Below, one piece after another: positions 22,241 to 35,799 of a stretch of DNA of 64,000 bases (within the stretch, counting starts at the first letter, position 1; each line of letters opens with the position of its first letter). The stretch spans positions 799,001 to 863,000 of the forward strand of contig ML992502.1 of the NCBI GenBank assembly GCA_010093995.1, given 5' to 3'. Below the pieces are notes generated by a model. That model saw only the letters and a list, made by a program, of their open reading frames with translations. It was not told the DNA's origin and did not search any database. Source of the DNA: Elsinoe ampelina. Lineage: Eukaryota. The translations under genes and the position numbers were made by a program.

Positions 22241-25200
22241 TTTCGTTTCTACTCTAGTGTTTAGTTCAATTCTTAGTTACTATTATTTGTAGCGGAGTAA
22301 AGTAGACTAGCGAGTTATTCGGCATTAGCGAACTATGTCGTATATTACTAGTAATACTACCTCGTTAGCCTTTATTAGACAGTAAGCGCTCTCCCTTATT
22401 AAATAAGCAAGGATTATTACTAGCGTTATCTCTACGTAGATGTCTATTGCTATATTACTCTAGTAAGACTTACGCTATATTACTTATTAGTAGCTCTCTC
22501 CTCTAGTAATATAGTAGATGTTAGACAAGGCCTCTACTAGATTATATAATCTTTCTATAGGCTAGGTATTTACTAATTCGCCTTAGTATATCTATGTTTA
22601 TCGCTTAAGATCTAAATTTGTAGTTAGAGTTAGCTAGCTAAATTTTAGTAATAGTAGGAAGTAGAAAACGTTTAGATACTATATTATATTAGGTAACCTA
22701 AAAGATAGTTTAATATATATAGGGAACTAAATTAGTCTACTAAACTAAAGAATTGTATTTTTAGGTAATATAGTTAGACTATTATCTAGTAATCTTAATT
22801 ATTATCTATAATAATTGTGTTCTTCTTCGCTATAGCTTATTAAAGTTTCTAGATCTCTGCCCTCTACTTCTCTATTTCCTCGTAGATGACCTTCTATATT
22901 ATTAATAGTCTACCCTATCTACTATTAAGCTATTCTAGAGGCCTATAGAACGGAGCTATTAGCTTTATTATAAACGCCTCTATATAGTTAGCTTTCTAAG
23001 ACTTAATGTTTCTATAGACCTAAGCTAGATACTAAAGGACGAATTATAACACTAACGCTATATTAAGCAAGATTATAGTATTAAAGCGGTTTAGATTAAG
23101 ACTAGTCTTAATAGCTCTACTCTAGGCAATTAAGATCCTTAAGCCTTCTAGCCTATTAGGTTTAATAAATATATTATTAGATATAGCTATATCGACGATG
23201 TCTATATAGGTAAGTATAGATATTATTCTATAGTAGATAATAACTACATTAGTATCCTTATCGATCCTAATTACTTTACTATCTAGGTGCTTCTCGAGCT
23301 ATTTTAGATACTATACCCTTATTAGTAATAACCTAAATAGACTAAATAGACCGAACTAACTATTGTAGCGACTGCTAGCACTAATAGTGTAAATGCATAG
23401 ACGATTACTTACCTCTTTAGCTCCTTCGAATAGGAGATGTTCTACTTAATAATCTTAGAAATAACACTATAAAGAACCTTTATCTAAGGACTAGCATAGA
23501 TCTTGTCTATATACTACTATAGCGCTGTCTCCGAGAGGTTATATATAATTTTATAGGCAAACTTAATAGTAAAGTCGCTAAACTCTTCTACAACTATAGG
23601 ATTGTTCTAGAATATATCTATAAGAGTAAGGAATATAGAGAAAAGTAGTAGTAGCGTAACTAGGCTTAGTATTTGCTCCTTAGTCTTCTTATTAAGGATT
23701 GTCTCTAATGTTACTTTAGGCTTATCGGATTTGTCCTTTTACCTATTAATTGTCTCTTATATACTCTTATCTATATCCCGTTTAATCTTCTTCTATGTAT
23801 TTATAAGACTATAAAGATACTTGTCCTCGATAGTAATCTCTAGGTTAAAGGTAGAATATAGTAGAACTCTAATAGCTAGCAGACCGGGAGTAGTATCGAA
23901 AGGTTTCTAGATATAGTCTATGTTTATCTTAATAAGAATATTCGTAAGGATAGTACTCTATTTACTAACTGTTACTATAATCTCTTCTATAAACTATATA
24001 CTTCTCTTTTTATTAAACTTACTAGAGTCGTTGTTCGCTTTATACTATTTGTTAATTATAAAGGTATAGTCTAATACTATTTAGAAGTTAAGCTTGTTAG
24101 TAATAGCTTATTAAGTCTTATTTAGTATTATCTTTAGTGTTGCTTAATGTTTATTATTCTTAGCCTTAGTTAGCTTCTACTTAGATTTATAGATGTAGTT
24201 CTCGTTAAATTCTCCTATTCTACTTCTATTTATATCGAGCTTTTCTAATCTAAAGTCCTTATATATAGCCGCTATTAAGAACGCTACTACGTTTAAGCAC
24301 TTAACAAATAGTGTCCTACTTATACCTAGTATAAAAGGCCTCCCTAGTAGTATTCCTAGATAATACTAGGTCTACGTCTTCTAGCTAGTAACCTAATAGA
24401 ACTTATTAAAGATAATAGCGGCCTAGTTTATAGGCGTAGACCCTAGCTTTCTCTCTTATCCCTTAGAAATAAAGTTCTAATCCTTAGTATTTATATTGTT
24501 CTTACTAAGGAAGTAGTAGATTATAGTGTCGCGAGTAGTAAAGAAGAACTAATTATTTATCTATAAGGTCCAGGGGTGTTACTTATGTATATCGACTAGT
24601 TATAAGACTATAATAGTATTAATAGGCTTACTAGACTTATCTATCGGCTAAGACTTCTATTAGTAGTAGCCTATAGGTAGATTCTCTTTATAAATTAAAG
24701 TGTCTATGTTATATATGTCGCTATACTTGTCTTCTTATATAGCTTAGAATATTCTTCCCTAGTATAGAATAACCTTTATATTAGGTATAAACTTTTATAT
24801 CTTCTACGCCTACTATTTTATTACGTTTAATTCGCTAACAATTAGATTATAGCTAATAGTATCCGTAGAAGTAATATCTAGCTATAGCTTATTAACTAGT
24901 GTCTTTACCTTCTAGTACTTACTCTACTTGTCCTTAGGTATAGTAGTATAGTTAGTATCCTAGATAACCTTTTTATTTAAGTTCTAAATTAGTAAGAGAA
25001 AGAAGAGTCCTATCGAAGTCTTTCTAAATTCTATCTTATATATAAACATAAATACTAGGTAGCCTTCGAGGTATTTCTTAAGTATAATAAGCACTAAGTA
25101 TATCTATACTGCCTTAACTAGATACTTCTTATTCTAACTAAAATACTATATACTAGTATTTAGTAAGTAGATGTCTTTCTTAAAGCTTATAAAGTTATAG

Positions 25201-27705
25201 ACTCTCTCCTAGAACTCTTCGGACTAGTAATTGATTCTAGTGCCTATAGGGATAAAGCTTTAGTTAGCTAGATTATTACTAGTTTACTTAGCGTTGTTGT
25301 TATTTATAGTATAAAGTTTAACAAAGTTTAAGCTACTAAGAGTCTTATTAAATATATAAGTTACAAGCGCTAGGATAGGTATAGATAGTGTCTTAGGGAC
25401 TAATAGAATATAGTACCTTACTCGCTCCTTGCTAGGTATAATTATAAAGAGATACTAATTACTATCTTAGTATTGCTTATAGTATTTGTCTTCTATTACT
25501 CAAGTAGGATAATAGTTAATAGTAGTATTATCCTTGTTAGGTAGTAGAGAGCTAAGTTACTTCTTAGGGGTAGGTTTACGTAGTAGTAGGCGCTTAGCCG
25601 GAGATAGAGGGGCTAGAGGTTCCTCTTCCTCTTCCTCCTAGACTAGAGTTAATAGCTTTTAACTATTACAATACTAAAGAGAGTTAACTAAGTATATTAG
25701 TATATACCTAAGTTAAACTAAGTATTAAACTTATAAAGTACTTCTTTAGAGAGCTTCTTAACTAGATCTATACTAGGCATAAGATAGACGAAAATTATAT
25801 TACTCTCTTTAACTAGGGAGTTAATATAGTTAATTATAGCGGCACGTAGGTCGTAGTTGTCTAAGATAGGTAGAATGTTATATAGCTCTATATAATTTAT
25901 CTATATAAGAATAATGTTATTACTAACTAACTTCTTCTCCTTTAGGAATAGCCTAATATTGTTAAGACTATATATATTTAAATTATAATCCTCTAGATAT
26001 AACTTTAAAATTCTTAGACTAAACGCCTATAGACGATATAAATATCCTCTCTTTATAATTACGCCTAGGCTAATATCTAATTACTTAACAATTATAAAGT
26101 CGATAATAGTTTTATTAATAATGCTCTAGACTAGACGAGATATGTCCTCTAGCATTTGCTACTAACATATAGGCTAACTAGTGTAGTAATTAATATCTAT
26201 ACCTATAAGTCTACTACCGAGTATAGAAGTCTCTAATCTTTTAGAGAGTCCGCTATTAGACTAGGTAGCGGAGGAGCACTTTCTAATATACTTCTTAGAA
26301 TAAGCCTTCTTATCTACTTTAGTCTAATTCTTCTTATTCCTAAGCTCTTACGCCTTAATAGTAAGGACAAAATCTTTAATAACATTATAACTAGATATAT
26401 TATTATAGTTTCTAATATTCTTCTTAAACTAGTCTTAGTCTTAATAGTATAGTCTTTAAAAGAAGATCTTTATATAGTTATTCTAAGAGTATCGTAGAGA
26501 AGTTTTAATGTTATCTATAATCGTAGTTATATTAATATTACTATCCTAAGGTTCCTTATATTTAAGTCCTAGAACTATATAAGTATTCTTATATTCTTTC
26601 TACGCTCTTACGCGTACGGCGGCGTACTAGTTGTTGTTCTAGTTAAAGAATTTAAGGAAGAATCTCTTAATCTTAAGGTTTTTATTAAGCTATACTTAAA
26701 TTTCTATAGGAGGTCTTTTATAGAGCAGAATGTTATTAGTAGCTATACTAGCGCTATTAGGCTAATTCTTAGATATATTATATACGTCTATAAGCTTAGT
26801 ATATACTATAAATAAAGCTTAGAATAATATCTAGTAAATAGGTTAAGTAGGTATAGTAGATGTTAAAGAAGAGATTCTATAAAGGTGTTATATATTTATA
26901 AGTTTAAAAGAATTAAGGAGAGGATTTATTAACGTAGTAGATCTATATACTTTGTAATATATGCCTAACTAAGACTTAACTAAAGAGGAAATATTTAAGT
27001 AAAGAGCGCTTAAAAGAGAGATTAAAGAGGTTAAAGAAATACTAGAGAGCTATATAAGTTATTTATTTATATATAAGAGAGTATAAACAAAGGTAAACTA
27101 AAGCAATTAAGGAGAGAAGTAACCTAAATTTAGTTAACTTAGGTCGGGCCCTAAACTAAGTATATAGTAGTATACTAGATATAGTATATATATAATAGTA
27201 AATTACTTAGTTTAGATACTAAACTAAGAGTAACTATAGTCTATATACTTAGTTACCTTTTATTTTATATACTATATACACTAAGGATACTATTGTCGTA
27301 TTTAGGGTAGATCTTAAGGAATAATAGTCTAATAAATAGAGGGAATATAGTAGTAGTTAATATAAAATAATTAAACAATATTTTAATAGCGAAACTAGTA
27401 TTCGTATATAAAGGACAATAGTAATAGAACATAAATAGAAGGTAGTTAGTAGCCTATAGCGGAATAAAGGGCATAGTATATATAGCGTATAGTATAGCTT
27501 ATAGATACTAGTAAAGGAACAAAGAAAGTAATATACTACTATCTAATTATTTAGACTTTATAATTGCTATATATAGAATTAAGTAGTAGAGTAGAGTAAA
27601 GGCTATATATTCCGCAGAACGGGCAGTTAATAGTATATTCTATATAATTATAAATGCACTTTATTCCTCGCCTAGCTCTACTAGGAAGGTAATAGCGAGA
27701 GAGGA

Positions 27706-28476
27706 CACTACTAGTATAGCTTCGCCTATAACGCTCTCTATAGTAAGCTACTATCTAGTAGAAGGTAATAGATATATCTTTACCCGCGATATTCCTCTAT
27801 CTCTTCCTCTTTGTTATACTAGTTATTCCTCCGTAATTCTCCCCTTAATATCCTTATACTATAAGGTAAGTAATCCCCGGTAAATACTAGCTTCTCTACT
27901 CTCTTTACGTACACTAGAACCTCTAGTAGCGCTATCTATAAGATCGAGAGATACTTCGTAATAGATTTACTTAGTTATAGCTACTAGGTAGAGACAGTAG
28001 CTAGTCCTACTAATAATACATAGCTAGTATAAAGGAAGCTATAGAGAGTAGTAGTAGCGGGGAGAGAGAAAGAGGTGTCGAAGTCTCCTTATACACCCTT
28101 AAGCCTATAGCGGCATAGTAGGTAAGATAGAGAGGTATACTATAATAGATTTACTCCGGCATAACTACTAGGTACTAGTAGTAGTTAATTCTATAAACAC
28201 GACATAGCTAGTGTAAAGGATGCTATTAGAAGTAGTAGCGACAGCGAGGTAGGAGTAAATATTAGAGTCGCTATTATATATATAGTAATAGATAATTATA
28301 GTGTACTAGGTAGGGGATCTACTATAATAGATAGCTAGCTATTATTAAGGTCGGATAGAGAGGAGAGAAAAGGTTATACTAGGGACACTAACACCTATAT
28401 TTAGGTTAGTATAAGTAGAGAGCGTAAACTAAGGCGTTATAGTAAATTATATCTACAATGTAGTTATGTCGCTATA
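27706..28476. repeat. ~770-bp dispersed repeat (second copy 34785-35556): right-terminal region of the two sister elements
   Basis: Colinear, near-identical, mostly transition differences; both copies are followed within ~16 bp by TATAACA. Confidence 0.95.
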
Positions 28477-28657
28477 AACAGAGTTTATAACACATTTATA
28501 AAGCTATAAAGATTGTAAGTCTCTAAACATATAATACTTAACTTTAGAGAAGAACACAATTAGATAGCATTATATAATCGAGTTCCGAGGAGTGCTTAAT
28601 CTAGTTAGGTTAAAATTTTAGGTCATCTTTAAACTTTAAGAGAGAGAACTAAGAAAT

Positions 28658-31600
28658 TGTTAGTTCGACGTAATAAACTACTAGCTGTCCCCTGCCGGCC
28701 GCCCTCTACTACTACTATATATAATATGCTAGAGATAGAGTAAAGTAACAATTTACACTACTAAATTTAAGCTAAGTAAGCTTCCTACTAGTAAACACTA
28801 TTTTGCTATTAGTTAGACTACTATAGCCTTTACGTGTGCAACTTAGATATATCTTTAGTACCCTTACATAGGTAGAAGAAGATTTATTAGAACATTATAT
28901 AGGGGCTAGTAGTCCGTAGTAAGTATATCCTACTAGAAGGCGCTTCTCTACTACGACGACCTAACTCGAATTAAAATTATCTATCTAAGTTAGTAGCTTG
29001 CCTTTTATTAAACGTTAGAGCGCCGAGCTAAGGGTCCCTAGCTAAGCTATATCTTGTTAATTGCTCGAGACAAAGGATATATTATAGACTTAGAGAGATC
29101 TAGACAAGATTAGTTAACGTAAACTAAGAATAAACTATATCTATTACTAACTCCTTACTACTAGCTAGTATACTAGTTACTATCTCGAACGTAGTATAAT
29201 TAGATATAGCTCTACTAGATAAGGACAACCTCCTAGTACTCTACCCTATAGATGTGCTACTAGTTATACTTGCTGTAATTACTTACTCTTTCTCGTATAT
29301 GCCTTCTATTATAACCTTGTCTATACTCTCCTCTTCCTTATGTACGTTACTATCGAGCCTACTATTACTATTACTGTCTATTCTACGTACTAGAGGTCGA
29401 GAGTCGAGGTTAGTAAAGAGACTAAGAGGATTATCTACTATGCTATACTATATAGTAGGTAAAGGGGGAAGGACACCCTACGCTAGCTATAGGCTATTAT
29501 TTTTACCTCGTTACATAGTTTAGTTCTTATTTACTATAATTCGTAGTAGAGCTAATAGAACTAAGCTATTGTATAGCGTCGGCGGACTAAAGCTAAAATT
29601 GTATCTACGCTATAGTACTAGACACGTTAAGACAGAGTTTACTCTAATACATCTAGGTAATAGAGTTTGTTAGCCGTCTCTTACTTAAGAACGATATTAA
29701 ATGCTATACTTAATTATTAGCTATTATTACGCTATTATCCTTAGTAGAGGCTTTTATAGTAATTGTAAAACAGGGAGTGCTACGTAGGTATAATAATTTT
29801 AGCTAGTAAACGATTTATAGCTCTTACTATCTTATGTCTTAACTTGTTACTAGTATTATAATAAGTTAGTTATAAATAGCCTCTACGAAAAAATAGCAAT
29901 AGTAGTATATAAAGATGCCTCGGCTATATAACGTTAGGTCGTTTATACCTGTAGTTAATCTATTAGAGGTAGTTAATTAGTTTACTAAACTATAAAACTA
30001 GCGCTTTTTAGGTGAAAATTGCAAGCGTTCCCTTAACTAATCTTAACAAGGATAAATTAATAATTTGCTATTACTCCTCTATTAGTTTAAACAACTACGC
30101 TTTTAGTTTGTTCGCTTTACTATATTGTCTTATATAACCTTCTATATTATTGTCGGTATATTATAGCTATAGTTAACTTACTTCTTTAGCTAATAGGATA
30201 GTATAGTTAGCTTAAGCGTAAATGCTATTATTACATCTATACTAGCGAATGTTATATTCTCTAAGGCACTATTAGAAGCCTACTATAATAATTAGATCTA
30301 TATACTAACTTTGTGTTAAGCGAAGTTACACTATTAAGGCAGAAGTACTAGTACTCTACTTGTTATAGAACTATACGCTATTCCTAGTTATAAACTAACT
30401 AGTATAGCCTTCTCGAAGTAAGTTTACTTTAATATAGCTACCTTAATAATGCCTATATAGCTTACTATAGACTTCTCTCTATAATCGATAATAACGACTT
30501 TAGTGCCCTTACTAATCCTAATAGCTCGGCTATTCGGAATTCTCTTAAGTCATCGTAGATATAGCTCTCTTATTAGTAACAACCGAACTAGACTAACTAA
30601 GTTAAACTAACTACCGTGGCTACCGCTAGCGCTATAGAGTTATACGCACGAATAATCCCTCGCTACCTCTTAGTCTTCTAACTATAGGCTTTCTATTCTA
30701 TAATCTCGGGGATAATAATATAAAGGCTCTATATTCCTAATCTAGCGTAGCACTAGCTATATACTTGTCTACTGCTTTAGCTCGAGGTATAAAGTCTAAG
30801 GAGTGTCTATAGCCCCTACTATAATATTAGTTAATGTTATTACTCTTCCTATACTAGCAAGGCGGCGGAGTAAATAAAGTAAGCTCGTAATAATATCTAG
30901 TATAATTACCTCTAGGTTCCTTTTGCTTGTTAAATATAGATATTATTCTATGCTACTCTCTCCTATATAGCGTCTTTATAATTGTAGTTAAGGTATACTC
31001 CCCTATACGCGAAGCAATTTATGTATATAGTGCTACTAAAGAAATAAGATATCTGTCCTCGATTAAAACTTTAAAGTTCTAGTTAGGAATATCTTAAACC
31101 TAATAAGACATAAAAGTAGGCGTAGCTACTAGATGTTTTATAATTAGGTTAAGATACATGTTAAGAGAAATAAATAGAAGTCTAGCTATTAATATAGGGA
31201 CTAATATAAAGATTTTAAACTAGAAATAAGAAGTAACTATTATATTTACGAAAAGGGAGCTATAATAGGCTTTAACTATTCTTACGTTACTTTTGTATAA
31301 GTAGAGAGCTACTTCTTATTATATTATATAGCAATATTAAGTTAAATCGTGTCTAGTTTATTCTCTCTTATTCTTTGTAATAGGTACGTCTTTGCCGCCT
31401 ATAGATAGAGACTAGCTCTACTATATCGAAGCTACCTTCGTTAAGTAGTAGGTATCTAATTCCTTTCTCTCGGTATAATCGACCTTATATTAAATGTTAA
31501 GCTTAATACTAAACCTACATATGTAGTCGGTAGAGCTATACTAATGCTAAGTAGCAATTGTCTAACGAGGAGAGGCATAAGATAGCTAGGCGTTATAGCG

Positions 31601-34600
31601 TTCCCTTAAAGGACTTATCTACCCTAATATAAAATAAGTTTATTTCTAGTTTTAGGCTAACTAAACTAACTTAAGTTTGTACTTAGTTAGGAGGCGTAAC
31701 CTAACCTAAAGCATCTCTGCCATTTATTAGGAGGTAGTAGCTAGAACTAATAATAGTTAGTAGAAATTCTTTATTAACTTCTAAGTATACTACATATAAA
31801 CCTCGCTAGTATATAAGAGTAAAGCCTAATAACTATATTAGTAGTAACGCCTATATGCTCCTTTATAGCACTATACTATTCTTATTTAATTTAGTTAACT
31901 CTAAGTTCGGCATAGAACTAAAACTTATACTATTACTTCTACTATAATAGGGGACAAGATTCTATTCCGCTAACTTGTTTCGCTTATTATTAAATGCCCT
32001 AGTCTATTATATCTATAGTAGTATTACTTCGTTTCTATTGTTAATAATATTAAGAACATATTACTTTTTTAATACCAATATTAATCTTGTATTAGTAGAA
32101 GTAAGTTATTATCTTCTCGGACTTACTCTCTTTACTCTAATACGTTATAGCGTACTAGGCAGGCTATAGGAAGTTACTAGTAATAAAGTGAAACTTAGGA
32201 GAGGTATTAGAGAGCTCTAAGAAATTATATTTATCTAGATAGATAGCCGGCCTTAGGTGTATAGTAGCTTATATAATATTCTTTAAGCTATTAAAGCAGT
32301 AGGAACATAGATAGTACCTCGGCGATATATACTATAGTCTAAATAGGCTATGTTTTTCTAGCGGAGGAGAAGGAGCTATATTCTTCTAAAACTATATAAA
32401 GTAAGACTATACTCTAAACTAAGTTACTAGGTTGGTTAAAATCTGTCTAGCTATAGTTATAGAACTATCGAGTAAGTTTACTTCTAATAACAATAATAGA
32501 AATTACAGGATTTATAGGGGCTATAGCCTCTTAGAGGTAAAACAAGCTAAATAAAACTTTATTAGTTAAGAACTAAACAGTTTCGTAAATAACATAATAG
32601 CAAATAAAACATAGTAGTATTACCGCTCTTACCTTTAGCAGTTTAGTTACTATCGTAGGTATTAAATGTCTTATATTATAATATTCTTTTTCTGCTAATC
32701 TTCTTTACGCTTCTTATTAGTGTTAATATCTATAAAGTAAAGCTTCTTAGGAGTAAGAAATACTTCTAAGTTCTCTTCTATAGTAGCCTCGGCTATAGGA
32801 AGTAGTTGCTAGCTACTATAATATTAATAAGAGTTGTCTATAAGTGTTAGTATATATAGATAAATAGAGAAGAGATAAACTTACTTTATATAAAGTCGAG
32901 AAGATCTTTAATAGATACTATAGAAGAAGTAAAATAGAGAAAGATCTCGTAGGTACTAGAGATAAGAGTTATAACATGCTTAGTAATAGTAGCGTCTAGA
33001 TCGAAAGAGTCTTTAATAGTAAAGACTTATACGGAGTTATACGCGTTAAGCTAGTAGAGTTAGAGGTAATTACCTCTAATATTAAGGATTTACCTAAGCT
33101 TACTAATGTAGTAATTAACGTAACGATTCTTGTCCTTACTAGTACTAGGCTTTCTTAAGTTATAGACGCGAATATTCTTTCTTAATATTAGATACGGAAT
33201 AGTGTCTACTTTAATAACCTCTATAATCTAGATCGTAGCGAATTTAATGTTAATCTAGACACGATTAGACGCTAGCCCCTAGTTAAAGCCGAACATTCTA
33301 TAATAAGGCTATATATATAAATTTAATCTCTTATTACCTGTCTTTACACGAGTTATATATCTCTCTAAGGATAGTATTCTTACTTAGGAGAGCATTAGTG
33401 TCTATACGGACGAGGCAGCTAAAGGATATAGACTCTAGATGCCTCCTTTACCTAGTAATGTTATTCTTTCCCTTTTAACCGATAAGAGATTTGCCCTTAT
33501 TAATTATATAGTATTTCGGAATAATTGCTATATAGCTTTTATCTTATCGATATTAACTACGGTCTATAAGTTCTCCTTAAACTAGTCTAGATCTTTCTAA
33601 TCTAGTTAGTTAATAAAGAGCTAGAAATTGTTAGGTGTGCTATTTAGTAGCCTAGTTTCAATTTTAAGATATGCTTTAAGCACCTTAGAATTACGTAACT
33701 CGCTTCTATTTTGTTTCTTAATTTTAATATTAGATTCCGTAAAGACTTTTAAGATTGTTTCCTTTATCTTTATAAACGTAGTAGAGTATTACTAGTTATT
33801 CTAATTAAAGAAGAATTAAATAGATTTCTTACTAATATTGTTATTATAAAGCATATTCTTAATAAGAGCTAGCGTAAGGTTATTAAGTAGAATCTTTTTT
33901 ATAGGTTTAGTAGTAACCTTTAGCTTCTTTATCTTTAGTAGTATAGTGCTATTATATGTATTTAATAAGTGTAAGAATGTCTACTAGTAAAGGCGTTATA
34001 TAAGGTAAGTAAGATTAGAAAGATTAAGATTATATAGCTAGGAACTAAGCGTAGTAAGTTAAGCGCTATAGAGTAAATAGTAGCAATTATAAATACCTAC
34101 TACCTAGTATAATGTTAAAATGCTATACGGAAAGTAGGTAGTAACTTCTTAAATATAATAAAATTTGTATTTAAGATAGTATACTAAAGTAAGTAGTATA
34201 CTTATAACTAAGATCTAGTTTAAGCCTCGACCTAAAAGTGAACTAGGTTAACTAAGTCTATGTTTCGCACGTGCTAATAGTAACATATAATAATTACTAA
34301 TATTAGGTCGATACTAGAACTAAAAGTAAATAAGTTAGTTTACTACTAATAAATATTATAGAGTATAAATTAAGTAAGTAAACAAAACGTAGCTATCGAA
34401 GAATATTATAAGTACTAATTATTGTAGAAAATTAGTATTAAAGTAATTAACTATACTAAACACTTATATATTAGTGCTATATACAAAGTTATATATACTT
34501 CAAATAGCTAATAGACTATTTAACAAAGAGTATTATTATGTAAAGCAATAACCTTAATGTCTTTATAGTAGACAGAAGACAAGATAAATAATAAGAAATA

Positions 34601-35572
34601 AAGAAAGATATATAGTATACTTATATATATTAGATAAGGAGATTTTATTTACTAGTTAGAGGAGAGAGATTAAAGCGATAGGTATATAATCTATATAGAA
34701 AGAAGTATATTACTAACGTAAGAAAGTTATAATAAAGTACTACTAATAACAAAACCCTGCTATAAAAGCAATTATAAAAGAGAATACTACTAGTATAGCT
34801 TCGCCTATAACGCTCTCTATAGTAAGCTACTATCTAGTAGGAGGTAGTAGATATATCTTTGCCTACGATATGCCTCTATCTCTTTCCCTTTGTTATACTA
34901 GTTATTCCTTTATAATTCTTCCCTTAATATTCTTATACTATAAGGTAGGTAATTCCTAGTAGACGCTAGCTTCTCTACTCTCTTTACGTACGCTAGAACC
35001 TCTAGTAGCGCTATCTATAAGATCGAGAGATGCTCCGCGATAGATTCGCTTAGTTATAGCTACTAGGTAGAGATAGTAGCTAATCCTACTAATGATACAT
35101 AGCTAGTATAAAGGAAGCTATAGAGGGTAGTAGTAGCGGGGAGAGAGAAAGAGGTATCGGAGTCTCCTTATACACCCTTAAGCCTATAGTAGCGTAGTAG
35201 GCAAGATAGAGAGGTATACTATAATAGATTTACTCCGGCGTAACTACTAGGTACTAGTAGTAGTTAATTCTATAAACACGACGTAGCTAGTATAGAGAAT
35301 GCTATTAGAAGTAGTAGTAATAGTAAGGCAGAAGTAAATATTAGAGTTACTATAGTATATATAACAATTAATAATTATAGTATACTAGGCACGGGAATCT
35401 ACTATAATAGATAGCTAGCTATTATTAAGGTCGAATAGAGAGAAGAGAAAAGGTTATACTAGGGACACTAACGCCTACGTTTAGGTCGGTATAAGTAGAA
35501 AGTACAAACTAAGGCGTTATTATAAATCGTATTTGTAATATAGTTATATCGCTATATAATAAGCATATAACA
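28658..35572 (-). mobile_element. Non-autonomous sister of the Plavaka-type element (left end 28658 or 29080)
   Basis: Shares the transposase 5' block and the right-terminal block; 30540-30690 is a diverged paralogue of 23290-23435; the catalytic part of the transposase is absent. Confidence 0.6.
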
Positions 35573-35799
35573 AAACTAAGAGAAGATAAAGTTTAGCGCG
35601 TTAAACTTTATAGTTCTACGAGTGTTAGTTTAGGCTAACTAATTATAACTAAGTATAATTCCGGTATGCCCCTCTTATAAGTAAACTAAGATCTAAGGCT
35701 TATCTATCGCGAGTAACACTTACACCGAATTAATACCTATACTGCTACTCTTCTACCTCTATCTCCTCTACTCTCTCTTCTCCCCTCCGTAGCTATACC

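Larger units (their letters stand above)
18293..28492 (-). mobile_element. ~10.2 kb multi-gene Plavaka-type (CACTA/CMC-related) DNA element, RIPed
   Basis: Contains a Plavaka-type transposase plus at least three further co-oriented gene relics. Tentative ends TGTTATA (18293) and TATAACA (28492), flanks GATT/CATT. Confidence 0.6.

Noticed and set aside
27706..27714. CACTA at the start of the 770-bp repeat as a CACTA TIR
   Set aside because: No matching TAGTG terminus or TSD found; it lies inside the element, and such words are common after RIP.
33940..34000. F-box-like start (LPVDILTLI) of an accessory gene
   Set aside because: Too short and dependent on RIP reversal.
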